NCBI GenBank assembly: GCA_034530615.2
Contig: JAVRCV020000080.1
Coordinates: 1 to 64,000, forward strand
Length of the DNA: 64,000 nt
Direction of reading: 5' to 3'
DNA from: Aulosira sp. ZfuVER01
GTDB taxonomy: Bacteria; Cyanobacteriota; Cyanobacteriia; Cyanobacteriales; Nostocaceae
In this document: positions 9,934-19,464 of the stretch, piece by piece
How positions within the stretch are numbered: position 1 is the stretch's first letter
Layout of the letters: every line of letters starts with the position of its first letter
Made by a program: the position numbers and the translations under genes
The notes under the pieces: generated by a model
What the model was told of the DNA's origin: nothing
The model's input: only the letters and a program-made list of their open reading frames with translations
Databases searched by the model: none

Positions 9934-11622
9934 ATGCCTGAAAGTAAATCAAAGTTTTTAATTCCTGTTATTGGTGTGGCTGTAGTTCTGACAGGAGGTA
10001 TAGCTGCCTATATGTATCTTAAAGGAGGCCCTACTGGAGATAGCGCAGATGCTTTGGGTAGCGCTAAAGTAGTACCTTCTTCAGCATTAATGGCAAGTTA
10101 CATTAACACTGACCCACAAGTGTGGGCAAAGTTGCAGCAGTTTGGCACTCCAGAGGCACAACAGCTAGTTGCCAAAGGTTTAGAGTCTTTCAATAAAGAT
10201 ATGTTGAAAGATACTAACATTTCTTATGAAAAAGACATACAACCTTGGGCTGGCGGTGTGATGGTTGCTATGCTACCACCAACTGCGGTTAAACCTGTAC
10301 AATTAAACACACCTACTGCACCGAATAAACCCACCAAGTTACAGTCGGAACCAAATATTTTATTGGTAGTAGGAATTAAAGACAAAATTGCTGCTTTAAA
10401 TTTTGGTAACAAATTAAAAGCACAAAAAGATATTCAATTCCAAGAATCTGATTACAAAGGTGAAAAAATTACCGAAGCTAAAGGTAAAGGTAAACCTACC
10501 TATAGTGTAATTTTAAACAATAGCCAATTAGTATTAGCCCCTGAAAGGCAAGCTGTAGAACAAGCAATTGATACCTTTAAAGGGCAACCTTCCTTTGCTA
10601 GTAAAGAAGGTGCAAGCAGTATTCTCAGCAAAAGTGTGGATGTCAAAAATACCCTTGCCCAAATTTATATACCTGATTATGCGGGCATGGTACAACAGTT
10701 AGCAGCCGCCAATCCCCAAGGGTCGCAGTTACCCCCCCAAACCCTCAAGCAGTTGCAGCAAGTAAAATCTATGGTAGCGGGTGTGGGAATTGATGATGCA
10801 GGTTTGCGACTAAAAGCGATCGCTAATTTAGATCCACAACTAAATAAATTCCAGTATCAAAATACTCCTGCTAAGATAGTTGGGCAATTTCCCACTGATA
10901 CCTTTGCTTTGGTGAGTGGACAAGGTATTAGTCGTGCTTGGTCAACCGTACTAGAGCAGTCAAAAGATTACCCAGAATTTAACCAAGCAGTGGCACAAGT
11001 TCGCCAACAACTAAAATCATTCGCCAATTTAGATTTGGATAAAGAGGTGATTGGTTGGATGGACGGAGAATTTGCTTTGGGCACAATTCCATCTAATCAA
11101 GGTATATTAGCCAGTGTTGGGTTCGGGGGAGCTTTGTTATTTGACACCAGCGATCGCAAAACTGCGGAAGCCACTTTGAGCAAACTAGATGACTTAGTGA
11201 AAAAGCAATCACTCAACGTTGCGCAAAGAGATATCGGTGATAAAAAAATTACTGAATGGCAAATCCCTCAGCAAGGAGCTTTACTAGCTCATGGGTGGCT
11301 AGATCAAGATACTGTATTTGTAGCTCTTGGTGGCCCTGTTGCTGATGCGATCGCATCCAATAAGAGCCAATCTCTGGAAAATAGTGACACCTTTAAAGCA
11401 GTGACTAGTTCTTTGCAAAAACCCAATGGCGGCTACTTCTATGTAGATATGGACAAAACAATGACTTTGGTTAATCGTTTTGCCGCAGCTAGACCCGTAC
11501 CGCCAGAAGCCAACGCTATTCTCAGTTCTATTCGGGGTTTGGGTGTGACTGCTACCAGTCCAGATAAATCCATCAGTCAAGTAGAAATGTTGTTAGCTCT
11601 CAAACCGAAAACTGCCAAGTAA
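9934..11622 (+). CDS. DUF3352 domain-containing membrane-anchored protein
   Basis: N-terminal TM anchor; YEKDIQPW.G and DLDKEVIGWMDGEFAL segments typical of DUF3352. Confidence 0.8.
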   Translation: MPESKSKFLIPVIGVAVVLTGGIAAYMYLKGGPTGDSADALGSAKVVPSSALMASYINTDPQVWAKLQQFGTPEAQQLVAKGLESFNKDMLKDTNISYEKDIQPWAGGVMVAMLPPTAVKPVQLNTPTAPNKPTKLQSEPNILLVVGIKDKIAALNFGNKLKAQKDIQFQESDYKGEKITEAKGKGKPTYSVILNNSQLVLAPERQAVEQAIDTFKGQPSFASKEGASSILSKSVDVKNTLAQIYIPDYAGMVQQLAAANPQGSQLPPQTLKQLQQVKSMVAGVGIDDAGLRLKAIANLDPQLNKFQYQNTPAKIVGQFPTDTFALVSGQGISRAWSTVLEQSKDYPEFNQAVAQVRQQLKSFANLDLDKEVIGWMDGEFALGTIPSNQGILASVGFGGALLFDTSDRKTAEATLSKLDDLVKKQSLNVAQRDIGDKKITEWQIPQQGALLAHGWLDQDTVFVALGGPVADAIASNKSQSLENSDTFKAVTSSLQKPNGGYFYVDMDKTMTLVNRFAAARPVPPEANAILSSIRGLGVTATSPDKSISQVEMLLALKPKTAK

Positions 11623-11736
11623 GGTAATTGGGGAATTTAACTGATAGTTTATTCCCCATTAATATATCAATGGCATGAGGCGATCGCTCCACCATGACAG
11701 CGCTAAAATAAACCCATAAATCGCAATGTCATAGCC

Positions 11737-12396
11737 ATGTCCCTTGCCAAAGAATTAGACACCGATCAAGACATCCAAGAAGATGTTGTTCTTCCTCCAG
11801 GTGACTTATACAGCGATGAGCCTCCCTTGGAAACGGAACTGCATCTACGGCAAATAATCCTACTTTTGAAATGTCTGGAATGGTTGTGGCGAGATAAAAC
11901 GGATTTCTACGCTGCTGGCAATCTTACTATTTACTACAGCCTTAACAAACTCAAAACAGAAAGCTTTCGAGGCCCAGATTTTTTTGTGGTACTAGACACC
12001 GAACGCAAGACCAGAAAAAGTTGGGTAGTTTGGGAAGAAGATGGCAAATATCCTAATTTTATTCTGGAAATTCTTTCTGAATCAACAGCGAATACAGACA
12101 AAGATTTAAAGAAAAAAATTTATCAAAATACCTTTCGCACCCCCGATTATTTCTGGTTTGATCCCTACACATTAGAATTTGCCAGATTTCACTTAGTTGA
12201 TGGTCAATATCAACCTCTAGAACCAAATACTCAAGGACATCTCTGGAGTCAACAGCTTGGCTTATATTTAGGAATTCATCAGGGACTTTTACGATTTTTT
12301 ACAACAGCCAGAAAGTTAGTACCAACCCCAGAAGAAACAGCAGATAAATTAGCAGCTAAACTCCGAGAATTAAATATAGATCCAGATACAATTTAA
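11737..12396 (+). CDS. Uma2-family (DUF820) putative endonuclease
   Basis: SDEPPLET.LH, GPDFFVV, P.FILEILSEST...DK...KK.IY motifs. Confidence 0.9.
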   Translation: MSLAKELDTDQDIQEDVVLPPGDLYSDEPPLETELHLRQIILLLKCLEWLWRDKTDFYAAGNLTIYYSLNKLKTESFRGPDFFVVLDTERKTRKSWVVWEEDGKYPNFILEILSESTANTDKDLKKKIYQNTFRTPDYFWFDPYTLEFARFHLVDGQYQPLEPNTQGHLWSQQLGLYLGIHQGLLRFFTTARKLVPTPEETADKLAAKLRELNIDPDTI

Positions 12397-12442
12397 CGAT
12401 TTAAAAATACAACAAATGTATTTGTAGGGGTGGGTTTTCCCC

Positions 12443-12638
12443 CATTGGTGTCAACTTAAGCTAAAAGCTATATAGGGCGGGCGTTGTACAAATACCTCGC
12501 GCCCTCATCCCCTAACCCCTTCTCCCTCAGGGAGAAGGGGTATTGAATCTCTTGCTCCCCTCTCCCTGAGGGAGAGGGGCTGGGGGAGAGGGCGAAACCT
12601 TGCAACCAAAGGGGTTTCACGTTAAGTTGACACCAATG
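12443..12638. mobile_element. MITE, 196 bp, with 17-bp terminal inverted repeats and a 9-bp target-site duplication
   Basis: TIRs CATTGGTGTCAACTTAA (12443-12459) and TTAAGTTGACACCAATG (12622-12638); flanking direct repeat GTTTTCCCC (12434-12442 and 12639-12647). Confidence 0.9.
12500..12593. repeat. GC-rich composite palindrome (CCCCTxCTCCC...GGGAGAxGGGG units) inside the MITE
   Basis: Two internal hairpins closed by GCCCTC/GAGGGC. Confidence 0.75.
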
Positions 12639-12660
12639 GTTTTCCCCACCCTCGACAATT

Positions 12661-13092
12661 TTAAAATTGAGGATTACGAGATTCCAAAGTTTGTGTCAGC
12701 CTATCTAAGGCCCCAGTTAATCTTTCTTGAGCTAAAAGATTGGCATCTGGTGGTGGAGGTTCAGCTGCTACTTCTTCTTTTTTCTTGAATCTTTGTAAAG
12801 CTTGAATCGCTACAAACAAGACCAAGGCAATAATTACAAAATCAACTATTGAGCCAAGAAACTTACCGATCGCAATTCCCGGACCAATAGTGATTGTTCT
12901 CCAATCTTTGCCTGCTACAGAAACTAAAGGATTAATCAATGGCATGATTACATCCTCAACAAAAGAGGTGACAATCTTGCCAAAAGCGCCACCGATAATC
13001 ACAGCGATCGCTAAATCAACTACATTACCTTTAAGCGCAAAGTCTTGGAAATCTTTTAAAAAACCGTTGGCTCTTCTTCTTGCTCTTACCAT
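12661..13092 (-). CDS. mscL: Large-conductance mechanosensitive channel
   Basis: F.DFALKGNVVDLAIAVIIGGAFGKIVTS signature. Confidence 0.96.
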   Translation of the reverse strand: MVRARRRANGFLKDFQDFALKGNVVDLAIAVIIGGAFGKIVTSFVEDVIMPLINPLVSVAGKDWRTITIGPGIAIGKFLGSIVDFVIIALVLFVAIQALQRFKKKEEVAAEPPPPDANLLAQERLTGALDRLTQTLESRNPQF

Positions 13093-13347
13093 ATTTGTCC
13101 TTGATACTATCTAAAAGTTGGTTTTAGTTTTGTATAAAAAATGGCATCAAGTTGTTTGTCAGAGTAGATAAAACAGATTGTTGTAAATAATATTTGGTAT
13201 CTTACCAGCCTGAGATCCACGTATTTGATAAAGTTATGTTTTGAATTGAAGAGTGGCAGAATGCACTTATACAATGGCATCTGCTGCTAGACTGACCTCC
13301 AGCAAATATGTCATAAGTAAAAAAGGCTGTTGAGCACAAATTGATCT

Positions 13348-14268
13348 ATGACTGCTGCTGTAAATAATGCTCCTGGTTTAGCTTCTCGTTTGGTAAATGG
13401 CGTACTGGCAATCAAGCCTTTAGCCAACCTAGCCAAGCACCGCGCCAGACAAATGATGATTAAACGTGCCGAAAAAATGGGCGTACCTTGGACGAAAGAA
13501 GTAGAAAAACTGCAAGCACGTGATTGGACAAACGAGTTAGCTAGAGTAAAAAATCCTCAGCTTTCCTACCCAGACTACTACCTCACCTCATTCCACGCCT
13601 ACGAAACTGGAAATATGAGTTGGCAAGCTGCTTTTGAGGTAGAACCTGCGGCTTATGCGGTTCACGCTAAAATTTGGCAGGGTGCTGAGGTGCAAGGTGA
13701 TGTCCAGTTGCGCCAAAGTTATCACGATATCTTGAAAAACCAAATCCCTCAGGAACCGCAAGATATTTTAGACTTGGGATGCAGTGTCGGTATGAGTACC
13801 TTTGCCTTACAAGCACTTTATCCCCAAGCTAAAATCACAGGCTTAGACTTATCTCCCTACTTCTTAGCTGTTGCCGAATATCGCTCACAACAACGTCAGG
13901 CGAAAATAAATTGGGTTCATGCACCAGCCGAAACTACTGGATTACCAGATGCATCCTTTGATTTAGTTTCGATTTTTCTGGTTTGTCATGAATTACCCCA
14001 GTCGCCAACCAAGCAGATTTTTGCAGAAGCGCGGCGTTTGTTGCGTCCCGGTGGTCATTTGGGGATTATGGATATGAATCCTAAATCAGAAGCGTTTGCG
14101 AAAATGCCACCTTATATTTTGACTTTGCTCAAAAGTACTGAACCGTATTTGGATGAATACTTCAACTTAGATATTGCACAAGCCCTAGTTGAGACGGGTT
14201 TCCAAACTCCCACAATTACCAGTAATAGCCCCCGTCACCGCACTGTAATTGCTCAGGTGTGTGGCTGA
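13348..14268 (+). CDS. Class I SAM-dependent methyltransferase
   Basis: ILDLGCSVG motif I, GLDLSP, FDLV and LRPGG motifs. Confidence 0.92.
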   Translation: MTAAVNNAPGLASRLVNGVLAIKPLANLAKHRARQMMIKRAEKMGVPWTKEVEKLQARDWTNELARVKNPQLSYPDYYLTSFHAYETGNMSWQAAFEVEPAAYAVHAKIWQGAEVQGDVQLRQSYHDILKNQIPQEPQDILDLGCSVGMSTFALQALYPQAKITGLDLSPYFLAVAEYRSQQRQAKINWVHAPAETTGLPDASFDLVSIFLVCHELPQSPTKQIFAEARRLLRPGGHLGIMDMNPKSEAFAKMPPYILTLLKSTEPYLDEYFNLDIAQALVETGFQTPTITSNSPRHRTVIAQVCG

Positions 14269-15211
14269 TTCCTTGTTGCTGCTGTGGGCAGTCATACCAC
14301 CACTATTGCTGCTTGTTTACTACTATTACCGCGTTCTGACTGCCCCGTCATTATTTAGGTTACTGTTGTTATTTATCTGTGGGGCAATATCTGGTTTTGT
14401 CGCCCTCAGTTTAGAAGTAGCTTTTGAAACTGTAGCCAACTGGTTTGTAAACTGGCAGCAGATCAAGTATTCGCTTCCTGGTATCGCCCTACGGCAACTA
14501 GTGGAAATCGGCCCAATTGAAGAAGGTTGTAAATTAGTAACGGTCATCGTCACAACCTACTATTTACAACGCAGGTATCAATTACGCCCCAGTACAGTTT
14601 TTCTCTTTACCATAGCTGTTGCTCTAGGATTTACTGCCCAAGAAAACTGGATTTACCTTTACTACAACACAGCATCAATTCTCGACCGTAGTATTGGTAC
14701 TCTAGTTCATGCCATGTTCTCTGCACCTTGGGGATATGCCCTAGGCATGAGGTTAAATCAAAATCGAAATTTGCTGTTTAGGGCTTGGCTAAATTCTGTC
14801 GTCTGCCATGCTTTAGTGAATTTTTTATCTAGCGCATGGCGCTATTCACCACCTTTACACTTCTTCAGCTATGGCTTATTTCCATTTCTGCTGTGGATGT
14901 TTTGGCGGATGGAACAATTACTCCGCAGAGTCGAAGGTAAACCCCCAATTACCGTAATATCTGCTTACACACTCCAACACCGTTATTGGCAAAGGGGTTT
15001 AGTGGTATTTGCTCTGATGCTAGGTGGTAATGCGATTTTTGGGTTGTTTCTTTTAGCCAGAAATCTCAGTCCTCTAAGTTGGCAGCAGCTTTTTTATCCT
15101 AGGGTTTTGTGGTTTATACTGAGCAGGTTTTTATTCAATTTAAATTTTGCAGTTATTGCGTGGCTAATTTATCGCTATTTGCGACGGCAAGGCCAACGAC
15201 GAGATTTTTAA
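14261..15211 (+). CDS. PrsW-family intramembrane glutamic protease
   Basis: GPIEEGCK, GFTAQEN, HAMFSA and CHALVN motifs; multiple TMs; probable GTG start. Confidence 0.85.
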   Translation: MADSLLLLWAVIPPLLLLVYYYYRVLTAPSLFRLLLLFICGAISGFVALSLEVAFETVANWFVNWQQIKYSLPGIALRQLVEIGPIEEGCKLVTVIVTTYYLQRRYQLRPSTVFLFTIAVALGFTAQENWIYLYYNTASILDRSIGTLVHAMFSAPWGYALGMRLNQNRNLLFRAWLNSVVCHALVNFLSSAWRYSPPLHFFSYGLFPFLLWMFWRMEQLLRRVEGKPPITVISAYTLQHRYWQRGLVVFALMLGGNAIFGLFLLARNLSPLSWQQLFYPRVLWFILSRFLFNLNFAVIAWLIYRYLRRQGQRRDF

Positions 15212-15432
15212 AATATGATGGGGGTGTCATATAGGAAACCGTGGTTACTGCATATAGTTACAACAAAAATGTTTTCTCTATAATCTGCCCGAAAGCCAGC
15301 ACACCAGGATAATCGATAACTTTCCCTAAAAAGTGTCGTCCACTCTCTTCTTACTCAATTTCTATAGTGAAGTTCATAGCCTGTGACGGTATTGTAGTAA
15401 AAGCTATGCCTGGATAAAACAAACAATTTATT

Positions 15433-16629
15433 ATGACTTCGGTTTCTCCTCATAAAAAAGCCAAAGCCTTAAAACCCACTAGCCGCCGCCCTGCCAAAGA
15501 ACTTTGTAGCGAGTGCGGACTGTGCGATACATACTACATCCACTACGTCAAAGAAGCCTGCGCCTTCATTAATCAGCAGATAGGTGAACTCGAAGAACAA
15601 GCCCACAATCGCACCCGCAATCTCGATAACCCTGATGAACTCTACTTCGGTGTTCATCAAGACATGATGGCGGCGCGGAAGCAGCAGCCCATCGAAGGCG
15701 CACAGTGGACGGGTATTGTCAGCACGATCGCCATTGAAATGTTGAATCGGGGCATAGTTGAAGGTGTTGTCTGTGTGCAAAACACCAAAGAAGACCGCTT
15801 TCAACCCATGCCAGTTATCGCCCGTACTCCAGAGGAAATACTGGCAGCAAGGGTAAATAAACCAACACTATCGCCCAATCTCTCTGTGTTAGAGCAGATA
15901 GAAAAATCTGGAATGAAGCGACTATTAGCGATCGGAGTCGGCTGCCAAATCCAGGCATTAAGAGCCGTAGAAAAACAGCTTGGCTTAGAGAAATTGTATG
16001 TCTTAGGTACACCTTGCGTAGATAACGTTTCCCGCGCTGGACTGCAAAAATTCTTAGAAACCACCAGCAGATCGCCTGAAACAGTTGTGCATTACGAGTT
16101 CATGCAAGACTTCCGAGTTCACTTCAAACATGAGGATGGATCTACAGAAACCGTACCGTTCTTTGGCTTAAAGACCAATAAACTTAAAGATGTCTTTGCC
16201 CCTTCTTGCATGAGTTGCTTTGATTACGTTAATTCTCTAGCAGATTTAGTTGTCGGCTATATGGGCGCACCCTTCGGCTGGCAATGGATTGTAGTCAGAA
16301 ATGATACAGGTAAAGAAATGCTGGATTTGGTGAAAGACCAGTTAGACACCCAACCTGTAATGTCTAAAGGAAATCGTAAAGAAGCTGTACAACAAAGCAT
16401 TCCCGCTTATGATAAAGCCGTTACTTTACCGATGTGGGCTGCAAAGTTGATGGGTGTGGTAATTGAGAAAATTGGCCCGAAAGGTTTGGAATATGCGCGG
16501 TTTTCGATTGATTCGCACTTTACTAGGAATTACTTGTATGTGAAGCGGAATCACCCGGAGAAGTTGGAGGCGCATGTGCCGGAGTATGCCAAGCGGATCG
16601 TTGGGCAGTATAAGTTACCGGAGGAGTAG
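15433..16629 (+). CDS. bciB: Ferredoxin-dependent divinyl-chlorophyllide 8-vinyl reductase (FrhB/F420 hydrogenase beta family)
   Basis: CSECGLCD cluster, GAQWTG, GTPCVDN and SCMSCFDY motifs. Confidence 0.85.
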   Translation: MTSVSPHKKAKALKPTSRRPAKELCSECGLCDTYYIHYVKEACAFINQQIGELEEQAHNRTRNLDNPDELYFGVHQDMMAARKQQPIEGAQWTGIVSTIAIEMLNRGIVEGVVCVQNTKEDRFQPMPVIARTPEEILAARVNKPTLSPNLSVLEQIEKSGMKRLLAIGVGCQIQALRAVEKQLGLEKLYVLGTPCVDNVSRAGLQKFLETTSRSPETVVHYEFMQDFRVHFKHEDGSTETVPFFGLKTNKLKDVFAPSCMSCFDYVNSLADLVVGYMGAPFGWQWIVVRNDTGKEMLDLVKDQLDTQPVMSKGNRKEAVQQSIPAYDKAVTLPMWAAKLMGVVIEKIGPKGLEYARFSIDSHFTRNYLYVKRNHPEKLEAHVPEYAKRIVGQYKLPEE

Positions 16630-16630
16630 C

Positions 16631-17071
16631 TCACGCAGAGGCGCAGAGGCGCAGAGAGAGTTGTTAGAGGTTATTAACTACCCGTGAGATACCGTCTTTA
16701 ATTAGTGAGACATTAAAGTTGATCAGCAATCCAACTCGCTTATCAGCAAGGCGTAGGTAGGTAAGAAGTTGCTTTTTGTGTACTGGATGTACGGCTTCTA
16801 CTGATTTGAGTTCAATAATCACCTGATCTTGGACTATTAAATCAGCACGAAAGCCTTCATCTAAAACTACACCCTCATAAACAACCGGAATAATTACCTG
16901 TCTTTTTACCTGTAACTTGCGCTTCCGTAACTCAAAGTCCATTACAGTCTCATACACAGATTCCAGTAAACCAGGCCCTAAAGTTTTATGAATCTTGTAA
17001 GCAGCATCCACAACTGCACCCGAAATCTCATTCTCAATCATTCTCCTCTGCGCCTCCGCGTCTCTGCGTGA
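16631..17071. repeat. About 26-bp inverted repeats built of GCGCAGAG octamers, enclosing the GxxExxY gene
   Basis: Left TCACGCAGAGGCGCAGAGGCGCAGAG (16631-16656); right reverse complement TCACGCAGAGACGCGGAGGCGCAGAG (17046-17071); 2 mismatches. Confidence 0.85.
16664..17041 (-). CDS. GxxExxY protein (PD-(D/E)XK-like fold)
   Basis: LGPGLLESVY, RADLIV..VIIELKSVE, QLLTYL, GLLINFN; start probably ATG 17041 because the longer ORF translates the repeat. Confidence 0.92.
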   Translation of the reverse strand: MIENEISGAVVDAAYKIHKTLGPGLLESVYETVMDFELRKRKLQVKRQVIIPVVYEGVVLDEGFRADLIVQDQVIIELKSVEAVHPVHKKQLLTYLRLADKRVGLLINFNVSLIKDGISRVVNNL

Positions 17072-17106
17072 CACAATCCTAACTCATGTTACTTTGGTCA
17101 CAATCA

Positions 17107-18336
17107 TCAAGCACTCCCCACTGCTGAGATCGCTGCCTCTAATGCGATCGCAATATGCGTCCAATGCGTCCCTCCTTGGCAATAAACCACATACGGCTCG
17201 CGCAAAGGCCCATCTGCTGAGAATTCCAAGGTACTGCCCTCGATAAATGTCCCTCCAGCCATGACTACTTGGCTCTCATACCCAGGCATTTCATCGGGGA
17301 TGGGGTCTAGGTAGGAACCAATGGGAGAGTTTTGTTGTACGGCTTTACAGAAGGCAATTAGCTTTTGGGCAGAACCAAGTTTGATTGCCTGAATCACATC
17401 TCGCCGGGGCGCAAAGGGTGCGGGATTAACTGGATAACCAAGCTGGTCAAAAACATAACCAGTTAGGTGAGTGCCTTTCATCGCCTCGCCTACCATCTGC
17501 GGTGCGAGAAATAAGCCTTGAAATAGCAGCCGATTTTGGTCAAAAGTCGCACCACCATAACTACCAATACCAGGAGCAGTCAGGCGACAGGCAGCTGCTT
17601 CTACTAAGTCAGCGCGTCCGGCGACATAACCGCCTGCGGTGACAATTGTACCACCAGGATTTTTAATCAATGAACCCGCCATTAAATCAGCACCGACATC
17701 TGTGGGTTCTTTTGTTTCAATAAATTCGCCATAGCAGTTGTCTACAAAGCAAACTGTGTTGGGATTTTGCTGTTTGACCAAGTGGACGATTTTTTCGATG
17801 TCAGCAATGGATAAGCTAGGCCGCCAAGAATAGCCACAAGAACGTTGAATTAAAACTAAACGAGTGCGATCGCCCACACTAGTGCTTAAGGCTTGCCAAT
17901 CTACGGTTCCTTCTGAGGTTAAGTCTAATTGGCGGTAATTTATGCCAAACTCAATAAGGGAGCCTTGACCCTGACCCCTTAGACCAATTACTTCTTCGAG
18001 CGTATCGTAGGGAGAACCGACCACTGCTAACATTTCATCTCCAGGACGTAGCACCCCAAACAACGCACAAGCGATCGCGTGAGTCCCGGAAACAAACTGC
18101 ACCCGCACTGCCGCCGCTTCGGCACCCATTACTTCGGCAAATACTTTATCTAAAGTTTCTCGTCCTAAATCATCATGACCATAGCCACTTACACCTGCAA
18201 AGTGGTGTGCGCCTACACGTTGATGACGAAAGGCATTCAGCACTTTTTGAAGATTTTGCTTGACCTGAGCGTCAATTCCAGAAAAAATCTCTAACAGTGC
18301 CTGTTCTGCTTGCCGCAGCTGTTCCAAGCTGTTCAT
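17107..18336 (-). CDS. Methionine gamma-lyase / aluminium-resistance (YnbB) family PLP enzyme
   Basis: SGYGHDDLGR, FVSGTHAI, VDNCYGEF and GSLIKNPGG motifs. Confidence 0.9.
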   Translation of the reverse strand: MNSLEQLRQAEQALLEIFSGIDAQVKQNLQKVLNAFRHQRVGAHHFAGVSGYGHDDLGRETLDKVFAEVMGAEAAAVRVQFVSGTHAIACALFGVLRPGDEMLAVVGSPYDTLEEVIGLRGQGQGSLIEFGINYRQLDLTSEGTVDWQALSTSVGDRTRLVLIQRSCGYSWRPSLSIADIEKIVHLVKQQNPNTVCFVDNCYGEFIETKEPTDVGADLMAGSLIKNPGGTIVTAGGYVAGRADLVEAAACRLTAPGIGSYGGATFDQNRLLFQGLFLAPQMVGEAMKGTHLTGYVFDQLGYPVNPAPFAPRRDVIQAIKLGSAQKLIAFCKAVQQNSPIGSYLDPIPDEMPGYESQVVMAGGTFIEGSTLEFSADGPLREPYVVYCQGGTHWTHIAIALEAAISAVGSA

Positions 18337-18419
18337 TGTTTCCTCGTTCACAAAAAAATTTAAGATGCGGATTTTTAAATCGCGCAGACTAGGCTTAACC
18401 TTTCCTATTCAGGTTTCCC

Positions 18420-19238
18420 ATGACAATTGCTACTTCAACCAAACTTAAAATTAACTGGGTTAATACCCTATTCTTCGCTGCATTGCACATCGGAGCTTTG
18501 TTTGCCTTGGTTCCTAGTAACTTTAGCTGGAGTGCAGTTGGTGTCGGTTTATTGCTCTACTGGATCACTGGTGGTTTAGGAATTACTTTAGGATTTCACC
18601 GCCTGGTTACCCATCGCAGTTTTCAAACTCCCAAGTGGCTGGAATATCTACTGGTGTTGTTCGGAACTCTCGCCTGTCAAGGTGGTCCAATTGAGTGGGT
18701 AGGTACGCACCGTATCCATCATTTGCACTCGGATACTGAACAAGATCCCCATGATTCTAATAAGGGTTTTTGGTGGAGTCACATGGGTTGGCTGATTTAT
18801 CACGCACCCGCTCACGCAGAAGTTCCTCGCTTCACTAAAGACATTGCCGATGACCCAGTTTATCAGTTTTTGCAAAAATATTTTATTCTCGTCCAAGTGG
18901 CTCTGGGTTTATTGCTATTAGCTCTAGGCGGTTGGCCGATGGTGGTTTGGGGGATTTTTGTGCGGATTGTTTGGGTTTACCACTGTACTTGGTTGGTAAA
19001 TAGCGCCACTCATAAATTCGGTTATCGCAGCCATGAATCAGGCGATCGCTCTACTAACTGCTGGTGGGTAGCCTTACTCGTGTTTGGTGAAGGCTGGCAC
19101 AATAACCACCATGCTTTCCAATACTCAGCTCGTCACGGCTTGGAATGGTGGGAAATTGACATGACTTGGATGACCATTCAACTACTGCAAGCACTTGGTC
19201 TCGCTACAAATATCAAGCTTGCAGATAAAAAATCCTAA
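18420..19238 (+). CDS. desC: Delta-9 acyl-lipid desaturase
   Basis: His boxes HRLVTH, HRIHH and HNNHH. Confidence 0.95.
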   Translation: MTIATSTKLKINWVNTLFFAALHIGALFALVPSNFSWSAVGVGLLLYWITGGLGITLGFHRLVTHRSFQTPKWLEYLLVLFGTLACQGGPIEWVGTHRIHHLHSDTEQDPHDSNKGFWWSHMGWLIYHAPAHAEVPRFTKDIADDPVYQFLQKYFILVQVALGLLLLALGGWPMVVWGIFVRIVWVYHCTWLVNSATHKFGYRSHESGDRSTNCWWVALLVFGEGWHNNHHAFQYSARHGLEWWEIDMTWMTIQLLQALGLATNIKLADKKS

Positions 19239-19332
19239 GCAAGTCTTTAATTCTCAGTCACATCTTGACATTAGATGCTTGACTGTAGAAAGTTACTTGG
19301 TGATGAAGTTCTTTCTGCAACTTATAGTAAAT

Positions 19333-19364
19333 TCCGAAAAAAGAGTTAACTCCGAAAAAAGAGT
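19333..19364 (+). repeat. Perfect 14-bp direct repeat upstream of the desA promoter
   Basis: TCCGAAAAAAGAGT at 19333 and 19351, followed by TGcTATAAT. Confidence 0.7.
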
Positions 19365-19464
19365 GGCTTAGGTTGCTATAATCCGAGACGCTAATGTTAA
19401 GAAACTTTGCGGCAAACCACTTTGTGGTGTGTTGGTGATAGATTGTGTTGTTTTTCAGGTTTTC

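Noticed and set aside
12600..12788. 62-aa ORF starting in the MITE
   Set aside because: Chance frame spanning the TIR and antisense to mscL
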